A stretch of DNA of 64,000 nucleotides from Candidatus Poribacteria bacterium (GTDB lineage: Bacteria > Poribacteria > WGA-4E > WGA-3G): assembly GCA_003635315.1 (NCBI GenBank), contig PYJD01000007.1:13400-77399 (forward strand), read 5' to 3'. Of this stretch, positions 29,424-38,994 are shown in pieces. Positions within the stretch are counted from its first letter, which is position 1. Every line of letters starts with the position of its first letter. The position numbers were made by a program, and so were the translations under genes. The notes beneath the pieces are model-generated. The model saw only the letters and a program-made list of their open reading frames with translations. It searched no databases and had not been told where the DNA came from.

Positions 29424-30467
29424 GTGTATAAAACAGCTATGTTAGGGTGCGGGGGACGTGCCCGTGCACATGCTGATGCCTATCGTTTCGTCAAAAACGG
29501 TAAACTCTCAGCCATCTGCGATATGAATGAGGATTTACTTAAAAGTTTCGGTGATGACTTTGGTATTTCATCACGATACACTGATCTTGATGAGATGCTT
29601 GAAAAAGAGAAACCGGATGTACTTCACATCGTCACCGCACCCGTATTACGCGGTACAAATCAACGCATCCGTTATTCTCTGATGAAACAAGCCTCAGACC
29701 ACAATGTGCCAGCTGCAATCGTAGAGAAACCTATCGCTGTTGAAAGTGAAGATTGGAAGCAGCTTGCAGGTTTAGCAGAAGAAACACAAACTAAGTTCGT
29801 CGTTAACACACAACTCAACTTTCATCCACAGAATCTCGAATTGAAGAAGGATGTCGCAGATGGAAAAATTGGAGAAATTAAGTTTATTGATGCCAGTGCA
29901 AGAAGTACTCCTGTAGATCAAGCACCGCATGTGTTGCAACTTGTTTCTTCATACATTGATAACTCACGTCCAGTCCGTGTGCTCGGACAGATTTCTGGAG
30001 GTCAAGATCTGAATTCTACGCAACCTTCACCGATGCATGCTGCCGCTCAGGTCATATATGAAAACGGTCTGCATGTATCTCTTGCATTTGGAGCCAGTAT
30101 TGGACAAAAAGTGCCTAAAGAACCAGATATGGGGAACCACACACACAAACGCGTCTTTGTCATAGGAACAAAGGGGTTTGTACACTGGCGATTTAGCAGT
30201 TGGGAACGTTCAACACAAGATGATGGTTACGAGAGTGGTCCACTTGATTATGGTGAGCAAGATGTCATTGCACAAGGGAATCTCACGGAAGCTGTTTTCG
30301 ATTGGCTTGATGATGAGAAGAACGTGCATCCAACACATCTTAAGCAGTCACTCGCAGAATTTAATCTACTCCTTGGCATATATTATAGCGGGGTTACGAA
30401 CGAAATAATTGAACTGCCGTTTGAACCACCGGATGGAATCATTGATATACTTCGTGAGAAATTATAA
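29424..30467 (+). CDS. Gfo/Idh/MocA oxidoreductase, tandem paralog 3 of 4
   Basis: GTG at 29424 after AGGAGA (29411-29416) matches the paralog N-termini (MYKTAMLGCGGRA). The track start 29307 runs through the REP doublet. Confidence 0.9.
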   Translation: MYKTAMLGCGGRARAHADAYRFVKNGKLSAICDMNEDLLKSFGDDFGISSRYTDLDEMLEKEKPDVLHIVTAPVLRGTNQRIRYSLMKQASDHNVPAAIVEKPIAVESEDWKQLAGLAEETQTKFVVNTQLNFHPQNLELKKDVADGKIGEIKFIDASARSTPVDQAPHVLQLVSSYIDNSRPVRVLGQISGGQDLNSTQPSPMHAAAQVIYENGLHVSLAFGASIGQKVPKEPDMGNHTHKRVFVIGTKGFVHWRFSSWERSTQDDGYESGPLDYGEQDVIAQGNLTEAVFDWLDDEKNVHPTHLKQSLAEFNLLLGIYYSGVTNEIIELPFEPPDGIIDILREKL

Positions 30468-30541
30468 CTGCTGACAAGTCTTTCCCTGTTGGATTCCATT
30501 TATTTTAATGAGATTAATAGACTATTTTAGGAGACTTTTCT

Positions 30542-31579
30542 ATGTATAAAACAGCTATGTTAGGCTGTGGAGGACGTGCTCGCGCACATGCTGATGCCTA
30601 TCGCTTTGTAAAAAACGGTAAACTCTCGGCAGTCTGTGATATGAATCAAGAATTGCTCAATAATTTTGGAGATGATTTTGGAATTGAAGCACGTTATACA
30701 GATTTAGATAAAATGCTACATAAAGAGAAACCTGATGTGCTTCATATTGTTACCGCTCCTGTCTTACGGGGGAGTAACGAACGGATACGCTATCCATTGA
30801 TGAAACAAGCATCCGATGCTGGTGTTCCTGCAGCGATTGTTGAAAAGCCTATTGCTGTTGAAAGTGAAGATTGGAGACAAATTGCAGGATTAGCGGAAGA
30901 GACGAATACAAAGTTTGTGGTCAACACACAGCTGAACTTTCATCCGCAGAATCTCGAATTAAAGAAAGACGTTGCTGAAGGAAGAATTGGTGATATCAAA
31001 TTCATTGATGCCAGCGCAAGAAGTACACCCGTTGACCAAGGACCACATGTGCTCCAGTTGGTATCATCCTACATTGATAATTCACGTCCGGTACGGGTGC
31101 TCGGACAGGTTTCTGGCAGTGCCCAATTGGATTCCGCTCAGCCATCTCCGCAATATGCTGCAGCCAGAGTTCAATATGAGAACGGATTACATGTATCTGT
31201 TGCGTTTGGAACAGCCATTGCCCCATCTGCATCAGATGATCAGACAGTATACTTTCATAAACGCGTTTTCGTGATTGGCACGGATGGATTTGTACATTGG
31301 CGTTTTAGTAGTTGGGAACGTTCTACACGAGAAGGAGGGTACGAAGGAGGTCCACTCAATTATGGTGAACAAGATGTTATCGCACAAGGAAACCTTACCG
31401 AAGCGGTTTTTGATTGGCTTGATGATGAAAATAAAGTACATCCAACACATTTAAAACAGTCACTTGCAGAATTCAACCTCCTATTAGGGATCTATTATAG
31501 TGGTATTACGAATGAGGTAATAGAACTACCATTCGATCCACCAGACGGATTGATGGATATGCTTAGAGAACGTTTGTAA
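30542..31579 (+). CDS. Gfo/Idh/MocA oxidoreductase, tandem paralog 4 of 4
   Basis: Co-linear with paralogs 1-3; AGGAGA RBS. Confidence 0.9.
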   Translation: MYKTAMLGCGGRARAHADAYRFVKNGKLSAVCDMNQELLNNFGDDFGIEARYTDLDKMLHKEKPDVLHIVTAPVLRGSNERIRYPLMKQASDAGVPAAIVEKPIAVESEDWRQIAGLAEETNTKFVVNTQLNFHPQNLELKKDVAEGRIGDIKFIDASARSTPVDQGPHVLQLVSSYIDNSRPVRVLGQVSGSAQLDSAQPSPQYAAARVQYENGLHVSVAFGTAIAPSASDDQTVYFHKRVFVIGTDGFVHWRFSSWERSTREGGYEGGPLNYGEQDVIAQGNLTEAVFDWLDDENKVHPTHLKQSLAEFNLLLGIYYSGITNEVIELPFDPPDGLMDMLRERL

Positions 31580-31646
31580 ATATTAACGTTATAGCCACTT
31601 ACTTGCAGTGATAAACATACCTATTCAAGATATATAGCATTCAAAT

Positions 31647-31683
31647 AAAAAAGCCTTCGACATACCTTGTCGAAGGCTTTTTT
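31647..31683. terminator. Bidirectional intrinsic terminator
   Basis: AAAAAAGCCTTCGACA-TACCT-TGTCGAAGGCTTTTTT, a perfect stem between convergent genes. Confidence 0.9.
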
Positions 31684-31701
31684 ATTATAGAATCCATACG
31701 A

Positions 31702-32346
31702 TTAACGTGTGTTTTTCAATGAACCCCATGTAGTTGTTAACTTAGCCTTAGGATCTACTGCTGTCGCTGCACTCTCAACAGCCTCAAGTGCACTAAACAT
31801 AGCGTTGAGATCACCCTTACCAGTATCACCATTCCCTGCAAAGTTGAAATCAAGAGTACCATCAGAGACTTCAATAGCATCATATTTCTTAATATCAATC
31901 TCATGACGACCTGGTGTTACATAGAGCGGTTCCACAACTTCATCTTCAATTATTATATCAAAACCACGATTGTTGGGGGACCAGTGTTCACCGACAAGGT
32001 AGGTTACATCAAAAATGCCATTACCTGTTTTGAACTGATACTTCACAGTCGCTGGAAATGCTGCCCAACTCACAGCGTAGAACAGGTCAGCATCGTAGCC
32101 AGCCTCTTGTGCTTGTGCTTGCGCGTCTGCTGTTAATTCCCTGACTTCTGCTGTACGTGGGGCAGCTTCAATCCATCCACCCCAAGATTGGTCAGTCTGT
32201 TGTGCACCCCGCCACACACGACCTTTCGAATCGGTGTAATCATCAGTCTTACCACCCCAAACTCGAAATTCTTCGGCTGATAATAAACACGGTACTGCAA
32301 AGACAGCTATAAAAAGTATGAGCGTTAATATACTTAATGACTTCAT
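31702..32346 (-). CDS. Secreted malectin-like carbohydrate-binding protein with C-terminal VDPxxKLTTTWGxLK motif
   Basis: Signal peptide; YTDSKGRVW...FDVTYLVGEHW...RGFDIIIE...GTLDFNF...FSALE malectin-like pattern; GGAGG RBS. Confidence 0.7.
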   Translation of the reverse strand: MKSLSILTLILFIAVFAVPCLLSAEEFRVWGGKTDDYTDSKGRVWRGAQQTDQSWGGWIEAAPRTAEVRELTADAQAQAQEAGYDADLFYAVSWAAFPATVKYQFKTGNGIFDVTYLVGEHWSPNNRGFDIIIEDEVVEPLYVTPGRHEIDIKKYDAIEVSDGTLDFNFAGNGDTGKGDLNAMFSALEAVESAATAVDPKAKLTTTWGSLKNTR

Positions 32347-32362
32347 ATATCCTCCGTTAGAT

Positions 32363-33013
32363 TTAGTCTCGACGGTTTTCCTTGAGAGTTCCCCAAGTAG
32401 TTGTTAATTTCTGTTTAGGATCAACTGCTAATTTTGAGGGAACTACTTCGATTCCACTAAACATTGCATTGAGATCACCCTTACCAGTCTTCGCATTTCC
32501 AGCAAATACAAGACTCATCACGGTATCCTTAACCTCAATAGCTTCATATCTTTTAATATCAATCTCATCCTTACCAGGTGTGACGTAGAGTGCTTCAACA
32601 ATCTCATCTTCAATCATAATATCAAAACCACGATTGTTTGGGGACCAGTGTTCACCGACCAGATAGGTTACATCAAAAACACCTTTACCCGTGTTAAGAT
32701 CAACCTTGACTACATCGGGAAATGCTGCCCAACTCACAGCATAGAAGAGATCTTCGTCATAACCCTCTTCCTTAGCCAATTTTTTGGCATCAGCCGTCAG
32801 AGTTCTCACTTCTGCTGTTCGTGGCAACTTTTCAATCCAACCACCCCATTCCTGTTTTTCTTTTTGTCCACCATACCAAACGTTACCGTCAGAATCGGTA
32901 AAATCATTGGCTTTTCCACCCCACACACGGATCTCTTTTTTGGCTGGTATCCCATCAAGAACAAATCCTGCTGCGAGTACAAGACACAAAATTATAAAGA
33001 AATAGCGTTTCAT
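32363..33013 (-). CDS. Secreted malectin-like protein, paralog of 31702..32346
   Basis: Long shared blocks (DLFYAVSWAAFP, VTYLVGEHWSPNNRGFDI, TGKGDLNAMFS) and the same C-terminal motif. ATG at 33013 after GGAGG (track start 33055). Confidence 0.7.
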   Translation of the reverse strand: MKRYFFIILCLVLAAGFVLDGIPAKKEIRVWGGKANDFTDSDGNVWYGGQKEKQEWGGWIEKLPRTAEVRTLTADAKKLAKEEGYDEDLFYAVSWAAFPDVVKVDLNTGKGVFDVTYLVGEHWSPNNRGFDIMIEDEIVEALYVTPGKDEIDIKRYEAIEVKDTVMSLVFAGNAKTGKGDLNAMFSGIEVVPSKLAVDPKQKLTTTWGTLKENRRD

Positions 33014-33159
33014 TATTTCCTCCATGACAGCGATTATAAAATAATCTGTATTCAACCAAGGGAATCTCCCTTTGATTTTGCGATAATTATACGAGATTTT
33101 AAAATAAAATTCAATTTTTTAATCTGTTTACCGATAATCTTAAAAGCGACAACATTCCT

Positions 33160-34776
33160 TCAGTCACGTTTTTCCATCACTACAAGTTTCTGATTTACTG
33201 GGATATTATGTATTGTCTGCACAACACCACTGGACCAATGAATAATAATCTTATCAACTATGTTGTGGTTTCCAAGACCAAATTCCACCTCTCGACTATT
33301 TTGTGACAGATAACTACTCCCAGCCGTAACTTCACGAATTTGCTCTGTATCCCCAGCTATTACTTTGATACGCGTTCCAATTCCATCACGATTACTCTCA
33401 ACACCAATTGTATGGATATGGATCCAGTTGTGTTTATTTCCACTATCATTACGGAGGAGTCTCGGTTTTTCGCCGCTATTCACAACAAACAGATCTACAT
33501 CACCATCCGCATCATAATCTGCAGCAGCGACACCTCTACCAACACCGGGAGACTTGAATTCTCTAAGACCAACATGTTCAGAAATATCTGTAAAAGTGCC
33601 ATCTCCATTATTGCGTAAAAGTACATCGGGTTGTCCATGGTCTTCCCATGTTGCTGGGTCAATATGTCCAGCAGAGAAAAATAGATCTAAGTCTGTGTCA
33701 TTATCCATATCAAAGAACACGGCACCCCAACATGTTTTTCCCAGTCCAGATTCAAAAACACCACTCCCAGCAGAAACATCTGTGAAAGTGCCATCTCCAT
33801 TATTTTTATACAGTATATTGTTCTCATCAAGCCAATTTGTCACAAATAGGTCTAACACACCATCGTTGTCATAATCACCCCATGCAATCCCCATGCCTCC
33901 GCGGATATCCCCGGTATGGCTTCTTGCATCGGGTTGATTGGTATTCATAAATGTCATCTCACCATCATTGCGGTAGAGGATATTCTGATCACTATCGTTT
34001 GCAAGGTAAATATCTAAATCACCATCATCGTCGTAATCTGCTGCAGCAACACCAAGTGTCAAATGAAAACCACCGTTTATCTTCGAAGCATTAGTTACAT
34101 CAATAAATCCTCCATCCCCTTTGTTGAGATAGAGCACATTGGTTTGTCCGAAGAAATCGTATGGAAAAAATACTTCATCTCCTTGAGGAACTTTGGTATA
34201 CTCAATATAGTTACCAATGTAAAGTTCAAGAAACCCATCATTGTTATAATCCCCCCAAGAGACACCTGATCCGAAACCTGTGTGACCGATACCTCCTGCT
34301 CCTGATGTGAACCGTTTAAATGTCCCATCCCCCTTGTTTAGATAGAAGACATTCGCTTTATAGTTTGTTACATAAAGATCCGCATCCCCATCATTGTCAT
34401 AGTCAGCAAAAGCACATCCCATTCCCCAACCGGTATCCCCAACACCTGCTACATCTGTTACATCGGTGAATGTTCCATCTCCGTTGTTCCGATAAAGGAC
34501 ATTCTTTGGTAGAATTGTCTCTGGTTCAGGTCTTACAGCAGTGCTATTTACAATATAGAGATCCAATGTGTCATCGTTATTATAGTCACACCACGCTGCA
34601 CCGGATCCAACAAGCGCAGGAACTACACGCAAATCAATACCACCGGAATGTTTAAAATGAATACCTGCCTTTTGAGTAACATCGACAAACTTTATTTCAC
34701 CTGCAGCTTTATTGAGAAAGTAGACAATACTCAGCATTAAAAGTGGTATTACAATAGAAATATGTGTATTCTTCAT
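33160..34776 (-). CDS. CRTAC1 family protein (FG-GAP/VCBS repeats plus ASPIC/UnbV domain), secreted
   Basis: Repeated (W/F)xDYDNDGxxD(L/I)(Y/F)V and LYRNNGDGTFTDV; C-terminal NRDGIGTRIKV...GSSYLSQN...FGLG. Confidence 0.92.
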   Translation of the reverse strand: MKNTHISIVIPLLMLSIVYFLNKAAGEIKFVDVTQKAGIHFKHSGGIDLRVVPALVGSGAAWCDYNNDDTLDLYIVNSTAVRPEPETILPKNVLYRNNGDGTFTDVTDVAGVGDTGWGMGCAFADYDNDGDADLYVTNYKANVFYLNKGDGTFKRFTSGAGGIGHTGFGSGVSWGDYNNDGFLELYIGNYIEYTKVPQGDEVFFPYDFFGQTNVLYLNKGDGGFIDVTNASKINGGFHLTLGVAAADYDDDGDLDIYLANDSDQNILYRNDGEMTFMNTNQPDARSHTGDIRGGMGIAWGDYDNDGVLDLFVTNWLDENNILYKNNGDGTFTDVSAGSGVFESGLGKTCWGAVFFDMDNDTDLDLFFSAGHIDPATWEDHGQPDVLLRNNGDGTFTDISEHVGLREFKSPGVGRGVAAADYDADGDVDLFVVNSGEKPRLLRNDSGNKHNWIHIHTIGVESNRDGIGTRIKVIAGDTEQIREVTAGSSYLSQNSREVEFGLGNHNIVDKIIIHWSSGVVQTIHNIPVNQKLVVMEKRD

Positions 34777-34793
34777 ATAGATGTTAAATTTCT

Positions 34794-34816
34794 GTAGGAT
34801 AGGTTTAGAAACCTAT
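34794..34816. repeat. GTAG-type REP-like palindrome
   Basis: GTAGGATAGGTTTAGAAACCTAT, 8-bp stem. Confidence 0.6.
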
Positions 34817-34935
34817 TTTAGCGTATCATATCTGTGAATTATAATCAATCTTGGGCAGGGTGCAGATTGCAAACTATTGAAGTAGGAATATCGGTTAGTT
34901 TACACTATAATATCTATACTTTAAGGATATGAGAA

Positions 34936-35652
34936 ATGATTAAAGCTATATTCTTTGATCTTGATGGAACACTTTGTGACTCAGATACAGCATGGGATTT
35001 AGCTGTTAGGAATACATTTCAACTTTTTCACAAGAAAGTGGCAAATGTATCAGAAGATCTTCTAATAAAGGTCTGGGATACTGTTCATGCGACTTTATTT
35101 CAACGACTCGACGCAGGCATATGTTCTATGGCAGAGGTGAGAGATTCACGTTACCACTGTTTATTCGATGAACTAAAATTACCTTCAAGTAAACTGGCAG
35201 ATGAACTGAATGACTCTCTCAGTCGACGTTATATTTCCAAGCTAAAACTCTTCAATGATGCTACCGTCCTTGAGCAACTGTCCACTTTTCATGTAGGTAT
35301 CATCACAAACGGTGCACACGATGAACATACTGATAGTCAACTTACTAAGGTCAAAAATCTTGGATTAAATGAGTATATTCAGTCGTTAACTATTTCAGAT
35401 GAAATCGGTTTTAGGAAACCACATTCTGAAATCTTCAAAGTTGCTTGTGAACGGGCAGGTGTATTACTGAATGAAGCAGTTATGGTTGGTGATTCAATTG
35501 AGAATGATATTGTAGGCGCAAACCGAGTGAATATGACCAGTCTCCATATCAATCGAAGTTCAAACGTCTTCATACCAAATAATCTGGATGGTCAACCAGA
35601 CTATTTAATCTCAAATTTATACGACATTTTACACTATTTGACTATAAGATAA
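34936..35652 (+). CDS. HAD-superfamily hydrolase (YjjG-like)
   Basis: Motif I FDLDGTL, ITNG, KP, and motif IV VGDSIENDIVGA. Overlaps the convergent gene by 19 nt. Confidence 0.9.
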   Translation: MIKAIFFDLDGTLCDSDTAWDLAVRNTFQLFHKKVANVSEDLLIKVWDTVHATLFQRLDAGICSMAEVRDSRYHCLFDELKLPSSKLADELNDSLSRRYISKLKLFNDATVLEQLSTFHVGIITNGAHDEHTDSQLTKVKNLGLNEYIQSLTISDEIGFRKPHSEIFKVACERAGVLLNEAVMVGDSIENDIVGANRVNMTSLHINRSSNVFIPNNLDGQPDYLISNLYDILHYLTIR

Positions 35653-36461
35653 TTGCTAATTATCTCAGTGGCGATTTCAGCTTTCGGATTATCTTGATAT
35701 TGTGTATGATAGACAATGGCTATTCTACCACGGTCCCCATCTCTAACAATGATCGGATCTGCTACTGTTGCTTCAGAATTTCCAGTATCCGTTGCAAAAA
35801 TCTTCTCTGCATACCATTCATCTTCGAATTGATCTAAGGGAAAGGGTCTGTCAGATTCGAATCTTTTTAAACTTGGACAAAGTGTCTCGGCTGCTGTTGT
35901 GACGATCATGACTGTGTCGTGTGTGTAGACATCAATCTCAATATCTTCAATGTCCATGAGGTTTTGTAAAGCCCCACGTTCATTTGCCTTACCTTCTGTA
36001 GTATTATAACCTAAATAATCAGCCTGATTCCAAATGGTATCACCATCCTTTGATTCAATCCATTTTTCTGCTATAGACCCATCGGGTTGTGCGTTTCCCG
36101 CTGGATATATCGATGCAGGTAAAACACCATTAAGGATGCAGACATTTACCGAATTGTTTGCAGTTGTTTGTACCATCCAGTCTCTCAAAGAATATTCATT
36201 CCCTGTAATTCCTACTTGTATACCTTTAGCTTCCAATAATTTTTTCGTCAGTTCTGCTTCAGTTCTGGCATTCTCAGGTGTGATCCACCATGTTTTACCG
36301 ATAAAAATTAATACATCCTCAGGTGATTCATATACTACCATCTCTGACGGTTCTAATTCTGTTACTACCGTATCTTGTATTTGTTGTGTCTTATTACAAT
36401 TGACAGAGGAAAGGATACAACTTATGAGAACAATTACAATCAGACTTCTATTTCTTAGCAT
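35634..36461 (-). CDS. Hypothetical lipoprotein-like exported protein, paralog A
   Basis: N-terminal hydrophobic stretch ending SVNC; shares IYxAGNxQxDGSIAEKWIESxDGDTIxNQADYLGY with the neighbouring gene. Confidence 0.7.
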   Translation of the reverse strand: MLRNRSLIVIVLISCILSSVNCNKTQQIQDTVVTELEPSEMVVYESPEDVLIFIGKTWWITPENARTEAELTKKLLEAKGIQVGITGNEYSLRDWMVQTTANNSVNVCILNGVLPASIYPAGNAQPDGSIAEKWIESKDGDTIWNQADYLGYNTTEGKANERGALQNLMDIEDIEIDVYTHDTVMIVTTAAETLCPSLKRFESDRPFPLDQFEDEWYAEKIFATDTGNSEATVADPIIVRDGDRGRIAIVYHTQYQDNPKAEIATEIISNYLIVK

Positions 36462-36515
36462 ATATTATCCTCCAGGAAGAAAGGGTAGTTACGAATATTC
36501 AATATCACATTGAAC

Positions 36516-37328
36516 CTATTTAGCCAAGAGATAATTGATGATTATCTCCGCTGCAACAACACCTTTCGGATTATGTTTATGATGTGTTTGGTGAACCATC
36601 GCAAGTCTACCTCGATTCCCATCTCTGAGAATGATTGGGTCAGCAGATTCTGACTCTGTTTCTCCAGTATTGCTTGCAAATATCTTTTCAGGGTACCACT
36701 CACCATCAAGTTGTTCTAAAGGAAAGGGTCTGTCAGATCTAAACGTCAATAGACTTGGTGTTAATGTTTTACCGTGTTTTGTGATATACATAGGCATTTC
36801 TTCAAAATACTCTACATTAATGTCCAGTTTTGGAAGATCCATAAGGTTTTGTAGTGGTGCTTTGTTGTTTGCCGTTCCATCTGAACTGTAATACCCTAAA
36901 TAATCCGCTTGATTCAAGATCGTATCACCATCCGTTGATTCAATCCATTTTTCGGCTATTGATCCATCGGACTGGGTATTACCTGCGGCATATATTGTAG
37001 TAGGTATGACACCATAAAGGATACAGACATTTGCCTCTCCATTTGCTGTTGTTTCTGACATCCAGCTCTTAAGATTCTCTTCACTTAGCGTAATTCCTAC
37101 TCGGATTTCATTGGTTTGCAAAAGCTTCATTGTCTGTTCAGCTTCTTCTGTTGCATGATCGTATGTGATCCAAGAAGTACTCCCTGTATAAATCAAAACA
37201 TCCGGTTGTTCTGACTTTATTTCATTTGACACAACAGATGTTTGTTCTTTATGTACTTTAGTACAACCTACAAGTGATGCTAAGCAACCAAATATAGGAA
37301 TCATCACTATCCATAGATACTTCCGCAT
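36516..37328 (-). CDS. Hypothetical lipoprotein, paralog B
   Basis: Lipobox LVGC; co-linear with 35634..36461. Confidence 0.75.
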   Translation of the reverse strand: MRKYLWIVMIPIFGCLASLVGCTKVHKEQTSVVSNEIKSEQPDVLIYTGSTSWITYDHATEEAEQTMKLLQTNEIRVGITLSEENLKSWMSETTANGEANVCILYGVIPTTIYAAGNTQSDGSIAEKWIESTDGDTILNQADYLGYYSSDGTANNKAPLQNLMDLPKLDINVEYFEEMPMYITKHGKTLTPSLLTFRSDRPFPLEQLDGEWYPEKIFASNTGETESESADPIILRDGNRGRLAMVHQTHHKHNPKGVVAAEIIINYLLAK

Positions 37329-37530
37329 TAATAGCCTCCATGAGTTTTGAGTGTATTTGGTAAGGATGAAGTTCTGTTTAATTTAACCAATGGGAGTATA
37401 AGTTTTTATGGCTATATGTAATGTCTATTCTAACTATGCTGCTAAACTAACAAAACTTCAATATGAGATTCACTATATTTAACACGTGATAAAATCAAAT
37501 AGGTTTCTAAATGTGTTGAGTTACAATCTA

Positions 37531-37569
37531 TAAAAAAATAATAACACCGCATGTTTCTCACACGGTGTT
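37531..37569 (-). terminator. Intrinsic terminator of the minus-strand 48383-37629 cluster
   Basis: Minus strand AACACCGTGTG-AGAAA-CATGCGGTGTT (11-bp stem including G-U pairs), followed by ATTATTTTTTT. Confidence 0.65.
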
Positions 37570-37628
37570 TCAGGGTTTTGATATTCTGACGGTTATTTTT
37601 CAGAATCAATATATCAAGATGAGATTAT

Positions 37629-38975
37629 CTATTTAATGGCAATCCGTTTGATTTGTCCGTTTTCCCCACCGATAGCAATGCTGTTATCCGTAGGATGTAT
37701 ATTCAACGAGTATGCCCAACCATCAATCCCAAGAATCTCATCAGTAATTTCTACTGAATCAGGATCAATCATACGAACATTGCCATCAATGCATGAAGCA
37801 ATAACTTTTGATCCATCGTTTAGCCATACGACGTTTAAAGGCACTGCATTCAGTCGTGCAAATTTCACCATTCGTCCAATAGTCGGCTGCCAGAGCCGTA
37901 CGGTACGATCATCGCTGGCAGAAGCAATCATCGGAAGACTTGTTGCATTCGGTCTGAGTGCTAAGTTATGAACAGTATGTGTATGATTGTTCATACTGTG
38001 AATTAACTCCCCTGTTGTAACATTCCATACGCGGACATTCTGATCTATTCCCGTACTAACAAGTTGTTCTTTATCTTGTATAAAACAGAGAGAGGACACC
38101 CCGCGAGAATGTCCTTTAAAACGACGAATTTCTGTACCATCCGATAAATTCCAGAGAATAATGTCACGATCCATGCTTCCAGATACAAGTGACGATGCAT
38201 CCCGCCAAGTGACTGTCATAACAGAATCACGATGTCCTCTAAGTATTTTGTGAGAAACACCTTCTGGAAAAGAGAGGATTTCTATGATACCTTCTGCTGA
38301 AGGATTTCCACCACCCACTGCTAACCATTTATTATCAGGTGAAAAAGCAAGATCATGGATATTTCGTGGGGTGACTGATATAGTCTTCTCTAATGAGAGT
38401 GTATGCCATTCATAGATCTGTAATCCGACTTGGGATCCTGCAACAAGATGCTTACCATCGTTTGTAAAAGCAAGAGAAGTGATCGGAGGCATTACTGTTG
38501 GTTGGTGAGAACTTAGGTCAGATTGATGGGTGTCTTTGGTTTGAATCCCTATCCAATCTCCATAGTTTGCTCCATCTTCAATCCATTTTCTAATAAGATT
38601 GGTTTGCTGTATTGTCAAAGGTTTACCTGTACCTGGTGGTGGCATAATGCCATTGTCGTTTTCAGATAAAGTGATGCGTTGATAGAGTAGGGAATCTTCA
38701 GGTTCACCAGTGACTATTACTTCTCCGTATTGACTCTCGGATATACCTTTTACGCTATCCAGTTGGACACCACCCTTTGGTTTAGTTACGGAATCACTCC
38801 GTTCAACCTTCGATGCACTATGACAACTGAAACAACTATTTTGGAGGATAGGCAATACCTCTTTCTCAAAATTAACTGTTGCTTTTGTATCTGAAAATGA
38901 AGACTGGACACCTATCACTATGCAAATACAACTGATAAAGAGCAGCGCGAAATATGGCTTACATTTCAGGTTCAT
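37629..38975 (-). CDS. Planctomycete-type cytochrome c domain plus WD40-repeat protein
   Basis: VNFEKEVLPILQNSCFSCH (CxxCH)...MPPPG...IRKWIEDGA, followed by GH...WD-type repeats. Confidence 0.88.
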   Translation of the reverse strand: MNLKCKPYFALLFISCICIVIGVQSSFSDTKATVNFEKEVLPILQNSCFSCHSASKVERSDSVTKPKGGVQLDSVKGISESQYGEVIVTGEPEDSLLYQRITLSENDNGIMPPPGTGKPLTIQQTNLIRKWIEDGANYGDWIGIQTKDTHQSDLSSHQPTVMPPITSLAFTNDGKHLVAGSQVGLQIYEWHTLSLEKTISVTPRNIHDLAFSPDNKWLAVGGGNPSAEGIIEILSFPEGVSHKILRGHRDSVMTVTWRDASSLVSGSMDRDIILWNLSDGTEIRRFKGHSRGVSSLCFIQDKEQLVSTGIDQNVRVWNVTTGELIHSMNNHTHTVHNLALRPNATSLPMIASASDDRTVRLWQPTIGRMVKFARLNAVPLNVVWLNDGSKVIASCIDGNVRMIDPDSVEITDEILGIDGWAYSLNIHPTDNSIAIGGENGQIKRIAIK

Positions 38976-38994
38976 CAGACAATTTCCTATATTG

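Noticed and set aside
26910-31579. Diversity-generating retroelement behind the hypervariable loop
   Set aside because: No reverse transcriptase or template repeat; the variation includes indels and is not adenine-specific.
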